Below are positions 1-9,300 of a stretch of 21,105 nucleotides of DNA, one piece after another. The first letter of the stretch is position 1. Each line of letters begins with the position of its first letter. A program made the position numbers and the translations under genes. A model generated the notes under the pieces. The model had not been told where the DNA came from and did not search any database. It was given only the letters and a program-made list of their open reading frames with translations. This DNA comes from a virus: the IMG/VR virus record IMGVR_UViG_3300026210_000014; one strand, 5' to 3'.

Positions 1-2
1 TG

Positions 3-3000
3 GCTTATCTTTGGTCACAAGGTATTAATTTAAATCCGTTTATTAAAGGTGATGACTATAATCCTGATAATCTTGTATCATTAGAAGAGTTAGGAATTGC
101 TACACAAAATATAACAGAAGACAAAAGTTGGGAAGGAAGTTACATATCACAGGCTGATACAGAATACAATCAAGCAATACAAGGAACTAGTACTACTACT
201 ATACCAGATGCAAATCTTGGAAAGTTTGATTATGTAAAATCAGTTGTACAACCAGACGCAAATCATTTAAAAGCAGTAAAATTAAAAAACTCAGATCAAT
301 GGACTATAGCCACTGCACAAGAAAAAAAAGTAATAAACAATTATATTGAGCATAAAAATCTTGAACTATCTAATAAAATAGTTAAAGTTGCTCCAGATAA
401 TTTTATTAAACAAAAAGACAAGTTTTATGAAACAAAAAAGTCTCAACCAGTAAGTCTTGTTCAACATTCGGGTGTAGATGTAAAACCAAATAATAAGAAG
501 TATGATATAAATCAAGGAAATGTTGTGACCATGCAGTCACCTGCGGAGGTAACAATTAAAGAAAAAGTTCCACCTATGCCTCCAGAAATAAAAACATATA
601 AAAATGTAAATGGAACGAGTACACTTTCAAAAAGTAAGTTATCTAACAAAACAAACGTTGGACAATATGCAGATGCTGGAAAAGGTGATTTATCTAACAA
701 AGTAAATGTTGGACAATATCAATCAGCCGCAAAAAAAATAGTGTATACTAAAAATAAAAAAGGACAATTAGCAGAATCAACTAGTCCAAGTAATCAATAT
801 TATGATCATAAGCCACCAGTCGGTGATGGTAGTGGTTATATTTCAGGTGACACCAATGATACAGTAGTATCAAGTCCTACAAAACGTCCATATAAAGATG
901 ATGAAATAGACGGTCCAGAAACTTTCGAACCAGACTTCAAACAACCTAAACGCAGACCACCGGGTGAAAATCCTCTGTATAACTTAGAACCATACACATA
1001 TGAATTTACATTATCAGCATTACCGGCCGATTTGTATAATTCAGCAGATTTTAAAACAGCAAGTACAAAAAATGTTATAGCGAAATCATCTGGTTTAGGA
1101 AAAAATAAATCAGATTATGTTGAAGGAGCAGAATATCCTACGTTAGCACCAGGATCACAATTAAACAAGCATTTTGGATCTGTTACACTTAAAAGCATTA
1201 TAGGATTAAACAGTAAAACTTCTGTAAGTAATACTCATGCACTTGATTTTCAAATTTTTGAACCATTTGGGTCAAATTTATTAGATGACTTGCATGATGC
1301 CGCAGTAAGTATTGGTTATACCAATTATCTTAGATGTCCGTATTTGCTTACATTGAAATTTAAAGGATATGATGATGAAGGTAGACCAGTTAGTAATTTA
1401 ATTGGTACTTATGGTCATGTTACAAGATACTTTCCATTAAAAATTATTAATTGTGACTTTAATGTTACAGGTGGTGGTACAACATATAATTTTCAGGCTG
1501 TTCCTTATAATGCAAATACAATGATTGATAATGTAAAGTACACACAATCACCAATGAATCTTAAAGGTGCTACAGTTGATGACTTTATGCAAGATCTTGA
1601 AGATCAGTTAAATGCTCAAAATTCAATTAAAGAGCATAATGCCAAATATCCAGGATCGCAAAAAAAGTATATTTTGTTAATTGATGACATGATTAATCCA
1701 AGTGAATCTAAAAATCTTTCAAAATCTACAATTAATCATGACTACATGACGGCACAGTCAACATCATATGCTCCAGAATTAACTGAAGAAGGTAAAAAAT
1801 ATTTTAATGGCTTAAATGAAGTTGGGACTGCTGGAATAACAGCGGAAACGGTAGAAAACGAATATGGTATATCAGATTTTACTCGCAGAGTTTATACGTT
1901 TGCTACAGGTACATCTATTTTAAGTATTATTGAAGCAATTGTTGATAGTAGTGATTATGTTACTAGACAAGTTGAAAGTGGATACGTTTTTACAACAGGA
2001 ATAAATTCAGATGGACAAGTTCCATGGTATAATGTTGATTATAAGCATTTAACGTATAGTAGACAGTATGGTGATGCAGAAACATGGGTTTTTAAACTAT
2101 TTGCTCATTATGTTGATTCTAATACAGTTTTATCAGTTTCAAAACCTGGTTGGGTAAACACAAAACCAGTTGCTCGAAAGTATGATTACATTTATACAGG
2201 TAAAAATAGAGATATATTAAATTTTGATATACAATATAATTTTGCATTCTTCCAAGCAATGGCGGCAAATAGAGATACTACAACAGGATCAACATCTGAT
2301 AAAGCAGTTAAATCAGGTGACAAAAGTAAATTGGTTGAAACTAAACCATTAATAGATGCCGCTGATGGAGGTCTTGTACCAGTAGAATCACAAGCCACAG
2401 ATACTACTATGCAAGATGATACGCAAGGTACTGAAGATGCAAATGTAACTGGCCGAAAAAAAATATCTAATGCCAAAAAAGCAATTACTAATCCTGAAGC
2501 AGATTTGATTAATTTAGAAATCGAAATACTAGGTGATCCTTATTATCTTCAACAAGCAGATTTTAGTCCATTTAATTTAGTAGAAAGTACAGTAAACGCA
2601 CAAACATACGAAGACGGATCAATGAATAATTTAGCAGGTGAGGTGTATATTAATGTCAACTTTAAAACTCCAGTTGATTATGATGATGAGTCAGGATTGT
2701 TTGAAGGGTTAAATCTAGGTCCAGGCAAGTATAATACAGCATTTTTTGGTGGCATATACAGAGTAATTCAAGTAGAAAGTACATTTGATGGTGGACAGTT
2801 TATACAAAGAGTAACTGGTGTGCGGTTAAAAAATCAACAATTAGATCAACCAAAAGCCATAGAAAAAGAAGTTACTGCTACTACATCAATTGAACCGGAT
2901 ACTTCAGCAGGTGAAACAGAAGGTGGAGCAACAGTAACACAAGGAATAGATGTTCAAAAATCAAATGAAAAAGGAGAAGTAGTGGCAAAAAATGAAAAAA

Positions 3001-3623
3001 CAGAGGAATTACTTCAAAATGGATCTATGAACGATCACAACGCGGCTATAGAGGCTCAAATGCTTAAAGATCATACAGATCACTGGGAAGCAACAACTTA
3101 TACTGGGTTAACAAAAGATGCTTCACAATCAGGTAATAAAATGACTGGACACGTATTCACTGGAGAAACTGTAGGACCAGCAGGTGCAGATCAGTTTACT
3201 CAAACGTCAGGATCTACAACTGAGACTAAAACAACTGGTAATAAAACTCACACAACAAAAAAAGAAAACAAAGGAAATACAACAACAATTACAACAAGTG
3301 AAACTCAAGAATCAGGTGGTGAAATGACAGAGTATAAAAGTGAAGAAAAGAAAATAGGTAATGCCAAGTATGGTGGTTTAACAAAAAAAGAATATTATGA
3401 AGGTAAGTCTGTAACAACAGGAGAAGTAACGTATAGATCATCGCGTTGGAGAAATTTAGAAAGAATTGAGGAAGAAGGTGCAGAAAAAGGACTTTCTGAT
3501 GAAGTGATTAATATGAAGAAGAAAGAATGGAAGAAAAATAATCCTAATCCTGCAATAGAAAAAAGAAAAAACAAGAAGAACAAAAACAATGAAATTAGTG
3601 AAAAATGGAGTGCTTTAGTATAG
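3..3623 (+). CDS. Baseplate hub-like tail protein (gp27/gp44-like position), 5'-partial, >=1206 aa, with long low-complexity N- and C-terminal extensions
   Basis: The frame of the supplied 525..3623 ORF has no stop from nt 3 (AYLWSQGINLNPFIKGDDYNPD...), so the GTG at 525 is probably internal. The leading 'tg' at nt 1-2 could be the end of an ATG/GTG/TTG just outside the window. The folded-looking core spans about 966-2840 (NPLYNLEPYTYEFTLSAL ... LEIEILGDPYYL ... GGIYRVIQVESTFDGGQFIQRVTGVR). It lies directly upstream of the gp5-like spike, the usual hub position. The product call is an inference. Confidence 0.6.
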   Translation, partial: AYLWSQGINLNPFIKGDDYNPDNLVSLEELGIATQNITEDKSWEGSYISQADTEYNQAIQGTSTTTIPDANLGKFDYVKSVVQPDANHLKAVKLKNSDQWTIATAQEKKVINNYIEHKNLELSNKIVKVAPDNFIKQKDKFYETKKSQPVSLVQHSGVDVKPNNKKYDINQGNVVTMQSPAEVTIKEKVPPMPPEIKTYKNVNGTSTLSKSKLSNKTNVGQYADAGKGDLSNKVNVGQYQSAAKKIVYTKNKKGQLAESTSPSNQYYDHKPPVGDGSGYISGDTNDTVVSSPTKRPYKDDEIDGPETFEPDFKQPKRRPPGENPLYNLEPYTYEFTLSALPADLYNSADFKTASTKNVIAKSSGLGKNKSDYVEGAEYPTLAPGSQLNKHFGSVTLKSIIGLNSKTSVSNTHALDFQIFEPFGSNLLDDLHDAAVSIGYTNYLRCPYLLTLKFKGYDDEGRPVSNLIGTYGHVTRYFPLKIINCDFNVTGGGTTYNFQAVPYNANTMIDNVKYTQSPMNLKGATVDDFMQDLEDQLNAQNSIKEHNAKYPGSQKKYILLIDDMINPSESKNLSKSTINHDYMTAQSTSYAPELTEEGKKYFNGLNEVGTAGITAETVENEYGISDFTRRVYTFATGTSILSIIEAIVDSSDYVTRQVESGYVFTTGINSDGQVPWYNVDYKHLTYSRQYGDAETWVFKLFAHYVDSNTVLSVSKPGWVNTKPVARKYDYIYTGKNRDILNFDIQYNFAFFQAMAANRDTTTGSTSDKAVKSGDKSKLVETKPLIDAADGGLVPVESQATDTTMQDDTQGTEDANVTGRKKISNAKKAITNPEADLINLEIEILGDPYYLQQADFSPFNLVESTVNAQTYEDGSMNNLAGEVYINVNFKTPVDYDDESGLFEGLNLGPGKYNTAFFGGIYRVIQVESTFDGGQFIQRVTGVRLKNQQLDQPKAIEKEVTATTSIEPDTSAGETEGGATVTQGIDVQKSNEKGEVVAKNEKTEELLQNGSMNDHNAAIEAQMLKDHTDHWEATTYTGLTKDASQSGNKMTGHVFTGETVGPAGADQFTQTSGSTTETKTTGNKTHTTKKENKGNTTTITTSETQESGGEMTEYKSEEKKIGNAKYGGLTKKEYYEGKSVTTGEVTYRSSRWRNLERIEEEGAEKGLSDEVINMKKKEWKKNNPNPAIEKRKNKKNKNNEISEKWSALV
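639..719 (+). repeat. Direct repeat, two 30-nt copies at 51-nt period (LSNKTNVGQY / LSNKVNVGQY)
   Basis: 639-668 ttatctaacaaaacaaacgttggacaatat versus 690-719 ttatctaacaaagtaaatgttggacaatat, 27/30 identical. Confidence 0.9.
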
Positions 3624-5513
3624 ATGGCTAGAGAAACACATAGTCCACACGGACCAGTAAATTTTACAGGTCCAAGCAATAGGCCTAAGGCTAATGCATT
3701 ATACATTGGCAAAGTTAAACGTACAAATGATCCACAACGCATGGGTCGTGTGCAGATATTTGTTAAAAACTTTGGAGGTATTGAACAAAATCCGAATACA
3801 TGGGTTTGGTGTAGAATGTTATCTCCTTTTTATGGTGTTACACCTGGAGACTTGTCTGTAGCAGGTACAAGTGACTGGAGTAAAACACAAAAATCATACG
3901 GTATGTGGATGCCACCACCAGATTTAGATACTAAAGTTGGTGTAATGTTTGATCAAGGAGATCTTTCACAAGGGTATATTATTGGATATCCAATGGATCA
4001 ATATATGAATAATATGATTCCTGGCAATCCATCTTCAACATTAAAGAAAATTGATAGTGAATCACCTGATTATGATGCACAATTGGTTAAGTTAAAAGTT
4101 CCTAATGCTCCTGTTACTGAATATAACAAATCAAATCCAGATCTTAAGGCTATAGATGCAACTGAAAAACCATTGCATCCATTTGTTGATATATTAATAG
4201 ACCAAGGGTTAGCAAGTGATAATATTAGAGGTAATACATCATCATCTGCAAGACGAGAGACTCCGTCTCAAGTGTTTGGCATATCAACACCTGGTCCAGT
4301 AGACTTTTTTGGGCAAATTTCAGATGCTAAACAAGGTAATATTCATGGTTCACTTATGGATAAAGAAAGACGTGTAACCGGAAGAGCCAATTCTAGGCAA
4401 GGTGGTCATACATTTGTTATGGATGATGGTACTCCACAAGAAAGTCTTGGAGGTAGAATTCAAGGATTTCATAATAACGAGTTAATACGATTGCGTACAC
4501 GCACAGGACATCAAATTGTGATGCATGATACAGACGGATTGATTTATATTGGATCAGCAAATGGCAAGGCATGGATGGAATTTACAGCAGATGGTAAGAT
4601 TGATATATTTGCTGGTGATTCTGTTAGTGTACACACTAAAACAGATTTTAATTTTAAAGCAGATAGAGATGTAAACATTGAAGCAGGTAGAAATATTAAC
4701 ATGAAGGCAGAAGGAACATGGAAAAAAGACGCCAATGCTTATCATGATGAGAAGTTAGACGATGTATCAACTGGTGCAATTAGATTAGAGTCAATGGCAG
4801 AAACAGAAATTAAAGTTGGCGGACATGGATTTATAGAAGTAAATCAAGATTTTAAAATGGAATCAGTACGTGGACACATAGATATTAGAGCAACGCAAGT
4901 GGCAAAAACTGTAGATGATGTGGTACAACCAAGAAAAGATGTAAGAATACACGCAACAGGAGATGTTGACATACTTGCAGGTAATTCAGCAAACGTTGAT
5001 GATAGCTTAACATCAAATATAAACTTACAAGCAGTTACTGATGACGATAATGTTGTAGGTAACTTTAATTTAAAAACGTCAGGTAAAGTAAGTGTTGATA
5101 GTGTGCTTGACACGTCATTAAAAAGTACAGCAAAATTACAAGTATCAAATGCTGGTACAGATATAGATGGAGGAGATATTAATTTAAATAGTGGTACAGT
5201 TTCGGTTACAACAGCAGGTGCATCTGCTACGGCAGAACAAGCCACAATTCCACCATTACTAACTCATGATTTAGTTAATACTGATACCCAATATGTATTT
5301 CCATATAATACAACCAGCAAAACACCAACATCAGCACGTGGTGATACATTAAAGTTAAAGAGTATTATGAAACGTATGCCAATTCACGAAGCATGGACAA
5401 AGCATGAAAATAAAACTAGAGACACAGTAAATTTAGATCGCACAGATAGAGAATATTTAGAACCAAGTAAAGAACAAAAAGAAGCAAATGATTTGAGTAA
5501 AAGAGTGGAGTAA
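3624..5513 (+). CDS. gp5: Central baseplate spike, T4 gp5/VgrG-like (OB-fold plus beta-helix, no lysozyme domain), 629 aa
   Basis: N-terminal gp5 OB-fold signature (YIGKVKRTNDPQRMGRVQIFV...WVWCRMLSP...GMWMPPPDLDTKVGVMF). GHTFVMDDG and LIRLRTRTGHQIVMHDT motifs follow, then short beta-strand repeats (DIFAGDSVSVHTKTDFNFKADRDVNIEAGRNINMKA) ending at INLNSG. It is followed by a PAAR gene. Confidence 0.85.
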   Translation: MARETHSPHGPVNFTGPSNRPKANALYIGKVKRTNDPQRMGRVQIFVKNFGGIEQNPNTWVWCRMLSPFYGVTPGDLSVAGTSDWSKTQKSYGMWMPPPDLDTKVGVMFDQGDLSQGYIIGYPMDQYMNNMIPGNPSSTLKKIDSESPDYDAQLVKLKVPNAPVTEYNKSNPDLKAIDATEKPLHPFVDILIDQGLASDNIRGNTSSSARRETPSQVFGISTPGPVDFFGQISDAKQGNIHGSLMDKERRVTGRANSRQGGHTFVMDDGTPQESLGGRIQGFHNNELIRLRTRTGHQIVMHDTDGLIYIGSANGKAWMEFTADGKIDIFAGDSVSVHTKTDFNFKADRDVNIEAGRNINMKAEGTWKKDANAYHDEKLDDVSTGAIRLESMAETEIKVGGHGFIEVNQDFKMESVRGHIDIRATQVAKTVDDVVQPRKDVRIHATGDVDILAGNSANVDDSLTSNINLQAVTDDDNVVGNFNLKTSGKVSVDSVLDTSLKSTAKLQVSNAGTDIDGGDINLNSGTVSVTTAGASATAEQATIPPLLTHDLVNTDTQYVFPYNTTSKTPTSARGDTLKLKSIMKRMPIHEAWTKHENKTRDTVNLDRTDREYLEPSKEQKEANDLSKRVE

Positions 5514-5516
5514 ATA
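5509..5516 (+). promoter_or_regulatory. Candidate late promoter element (AGTAAATA) overlapping the gp5 stop codon
   Basis: TAAATA core at 5511-5516, ending 4 nt before the PAAR ATG. GGAG at 5507-5510 could alternatively act as the RBS. Confidence 0.3.
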
Positions 5517-5520
5517 CAGT

Positions 5521-5796
5521 ATGCCAGCAATACAAAGAATGACAGATGCAAATGCCGGAGGAGGTGCTATTACTACAATACCTCAAAGTACTGTAAAAGC
5601 CAATTCATTGGTTGTTGCAGTTGATGGTTCTAAAGGTACAGGACATGGTATAGGATTACACGCCAATCTTGCCTGGGACACACAAGGTGGGAATTCTACT
5701 GTTAAAGCAGGTGGAATTGCAATTAACACTACAGGTAATACAGATACTTGTGGTCATGCTAGAGTAGGAGGTTCGGGAGACGTAAACGTAGGATAA
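5521..5796 (+). CDS. gp5.4: PAAR-like spike tip protein (T4 gp5.4-like), 91 aa
   Basis: Small Gly/Ala/Val/Thr-rich protein with PAAR-type repeats (MPAIQRMTD, VVAVDGS, IAINTTGNTDTCGH). It has candidate metal ligands H42, H47, C77, H79 and a C-terminal GSGDVNVG, and sits right after the spike gene. Confidence 0.88.
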   Translation: MPAIQRMTDANAGGGAITTIPQSTVKANSLVVAVDGSKGTGHGIGLHANLAWDTQGGNSTVKAGGIAINTTGNTDTCGHARVGGSGDVNVG

Positions 5797-5797
5797 T

Positions 5798-6292
5798 ATG
5801 GCAAAAGTAAAATTAGTAAAAACAACAACAAGTGATAAAGTAGTAGAACCAAGTAGACTTAAAACTTACATTGGGTTTTCTACTGTTAATAGAGACTTTG
5901 ATAGTAATACATTGTATGATTATGAATTAGCAAGGACTGATTTGTTGAATAGTTTGTATATTAAAAAGGGTGAAAAGTTAGAAAATCCTGATTATGGTAC
6001 AATTATTTGGGATTTATTGTTTGAACCTTTTTCATCTGATGTATCAAAAGCAGTAGAAGAAGATATGATTTCAATAGTTGAACAAGATCCTCGATGGAGG
6101 TTAGATACTCTTAGAATACAACAAGAAGAACATGGACTTCTTATTGCTTTAGAAATAACTTATGTACCATATAATATAGGTGAAAATTTATCACTTATGT
6201 TTGACCAAGATGCAGGTTTAACAGTAGAATCATCGGCTCCAACTAATAATGTAGATGTTTCTGCAACAGGTGAAGTGGCACCAACATACTAA
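5798..6292 (+). CDS. gp25: Baseplate wedge subunit / sheath initiator, gp25-like, 164 aa
   Basis: gp25-family motifs YIGFST, DLLNSLYIKKGEKLENPDYGTIIWDLLFEP and IVEQDPRW. It lies between PAAR and gp6. AGGA (5789-5792) is a possible RBS. Confidence 0.9.
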   Translation: MAKVKLVKTTTSDKVVEPSRLKTYIGFSTVNRDFDSNTLYDYELARTDLLNSLYIKKGEKLENPDYGTIIWDLLFEPFSSDVSKAVEEDMISIVEQDPRWRLDTLRIQQEEHGLLIALEITYVPYNIGENLSLMFDQDAGLTVESSAPTNNVDVSATGEVAPTY

Positions 6293-6315
6293 TAATATAC
6301 GCATATTATATTTAA

Positions 6316-6323
6316 AATAAATA
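6316..6323 (+). promoter_or_regulatory. Candidate T4-type late promoter element (AATAAATA)
   Basis: 7/8 match to the T4 late consensus TATAAATA, in the only real intergenic gap (6293-6333), ending 10 nt before the gp6 ATG. The AT-rich background makes a chance match plausible. Confidence 0.45.
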
Positions 6324-6333
6324 CGTATAGAAC

Positions 6334-9300
6334 ATGGCAACAACAGATAGACAAAACTCATTACTGATATCTCAAGATTGGCAGAAGATTTATAGATCTT
6401 TCCAACAAGCGGATTTTTTATCATATGATTTCGATACAATACGTAGAACAATGATTCAATATCTGCGTTCAAACTATCCAGAAGACTTTAATGATTACAT
6501 TGAATCAAGTGAATATATTGCACTTATTGACTTGATTGCATATTTAGGACAAAATTTAAGTTTCAGAGTAGATCTTAATGCAAGAGAAAATTTTATAGAT
6601 ACTGCTCAAAGACGAGATAGTATTTTACGTCTTGCACGATTATTAAGTTATGTGCCAAAAAGAAATATTTCAGCGGCTGGATTGCTTAAAATTAATAGTG
6701 TTTCAACAACAGAATCAGTGACAGATTCAAATGGATCAGACTTATCAAATACTTTGATTAGTTGGAATGATCCTACAAATTCAAATTGGTTTGAACAATT
6801 TATTACTATAATAAATGCATCTTTATCAGGTACACAAAAATTTGGGTCTCCTGCTATTAGAGATTTAATTGGTGGAGTTACAACTCATCAATATAAATTT
6901 GCTACAACTAATATAGATCTTCCAATTTTTAAATTTAGTCGTGCTATTAATTCTCAGCAAATGCAATTTGAATTGGTTAGTGCAACAACTAGGAATCAGA
7001 ATTACATTTATGAAGAATCACCAATACCTGGTAATAGATTTGGATTTTTATATCGTGCTGATGGACAAGGTAATGCATCTTCTAATACAGGATTTTTTAC
7101 AATGTTTAAACAAGGATCGTTAGGCTTTAGTGAGTTTACGGTTACTGATCCGTCACCAAATACAATTGTATCTATAGATAAAAATAATGTAAACAATTCC
7201 GATGTTTGGTTATATGATTTAACAGAGTCTGGTACATTAGATAATGCTTGGACCAAAGTTCCTGCAGTTACAGGTAATAATGTAATTTATAATTCTGTTA
7301 GTGAAACTATTAGAAAATTGTTCAGTGTAAACACAAGAGCAAATGACCAAATAGATTTAGTTTTTGCTGATGGTGTGTTTGGAGATAATCCAAAAGGTCT
7401 TTTCCGAGCATATTATAGATCTAGTATAAATCAAACTTATACAATAAGACCAAAAGACATGAATAATGTTTCTGCGTCATTTGTTTATGCGAATTCAAAA
7501 GGACAAACTAACACATTAACAGTTTCAATGAGTCTTCAAAATACAGTTGATAATGCAACAGTAACTGAAAGCAATGCAGATATTAAAGCAAATGCCCCTC
7601 AGGCTTATTATACAAATAACAGAATGACTACTGCGGAAGATTATCAAATAGTTCCTTTAACACAATTCCAAGGAATTGCAAAAACTAAAGCAGTAAATAG
7701 GACTGCTTCTGGTATTTCTCGTTATTATGATTTAATAGATCCAACTGGAGCATATTCTAGTACAAATATTTTTTCAGATGAAGGTATTGTTTATAAAGAA
7801 GAAGCAACATCGTCTACACAATTTTCATTTACATCAAGTGGTGATATACAAAATGTTATAAAAAATACAATAGAACCATTATTAAAATCATATGCTATTA
7901 AAGATTTTTATTATGGTAGTTATACACGTCAAAGTACAGGAACAGCATACACTTGGAATTTAAGTTCATCTGCCACAAACGCATATACAGGTTACGTTTT
8001 AGAAACTGGAGCATTAGCGGTAGGTGATTACACTACAACAAATTTAAAATATTTAAAAGTTGGTTCATTGTTAAAATTTGAACCACCAACTGGATATCAT
8101 TTTATGGACAATGGTACATTAATGGCGGGAGCCGTTGGGCATAGCGGATCATCATCAGTACTATGGACTAAAGTTAGTAAGGTTGTTTTAGATGGATCAA
8201 ATTATGGAACAGGTAATTTAGAAGATGGAACAGGTCCTATTACCTTAGTTGATAAAGTACCTACTGATTCAATTTTAACTGAAATTATACCTGCATATAG
8301 TTCTGATTTGTCGGTTTCAATTGAGACTACGGCAATTTCTTATATAAAAGATTATACTACATTTGGATTAACATTTAATATAGATACTGGTGTTTGGCAA
8401 TTAATTGTTGAAGAAAATTTAAATCAAGATGCAACTTTTGATTTAAGTAATCAAGGTGATACTACAGAAACAAATTTAGATGCTAGTTGGGTATTACAGT
8501 TAGTAGCAACAAATAATGTTTATACAATTAAGTATAGATCCCTTAGATATGTGTTTAGATCAGCAAGTAAAAATAGATTTTTCTTTGATGATGATCAAAA
8601 AATCTTTAATGCAACAACAGGTAAAATAGTAAACGACCAAATAAAAGTTTTAAAATTTAATACTATGCCTGATAGTACAGTTCAACTTACAGAAGATTAT
8701 TCTTTTGCTATTGTTGGTAACAGAGTTTTAAGCACTGGTTATAATGATACTAGAGAAGTATATGTTTCATTCAGAGATTCAGATGACGATGGTGCAGTTG
8801 ATAATCCAGATTTGTTTGATTCAATTGTTGCTCCATCAACAAATGTGTCTGAAAAATATGTGTACTTTAAAAAAGATATAACAAAAGCATCAGACTATTA
8901 CGATACTATTGCAAGTTCTGATATTGTTAGAGCATCAACAGATAGTGCTGTTACACTTACAGATTATGTTAATGGACAAGTTTTTCATTTCTATAGTCAA
9001 GGTACCATTAAGCAATATGATTCATCAATAGGTGCTTTAGTAGATGTGAGTTCAACATATAAAGCAGTTGTTGGTAGAGATAGTTTAAATTATAATTATG
9101 AACACGCCGCAAGGTATGATCGTAGAATAGATCCATCAGTAAGTAATTTAATTGATTTACATATTTTAACTACTGCATATGATACAGAATATAGACAATG
9201 GATTCAAAATGGGCAAATAGGAAGTGAACCAACTGCTCCAACTACATCAAGTTTAAGAACATCATATAATCCAACCTTGTCTGAATATAAAAATGTTTCA

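Noticed and set aside
525-533. GTG 525 or ATG 531 as the true start of the first gene
   Set aside because: The frame is open and protein-like from nt 3, with no upstream stop, intergenic gap or convincing SD.
639-719. 30-nt direct repeat with a 21-nt spacer resembling a minimal CRISPR unit
   Set aside because: Only two imperfect copies, in frame within a CDS, non-palindromic, with no cas genes. It is an intragenic duplication.
6293-6308. Inverted repeat TAATAT-ACGC-ATATTA between gp25 and gp6
   Set aside because: A 6-bp all-AT stem with no U-tract is too weak for a terminator.
6941-7123. 60-aa plus-strand alternative-frame ORF inside gp6
   Set aside because: Fully nested in a well-supported gene, with no RBS or motif. 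Its length is compatible with chance.
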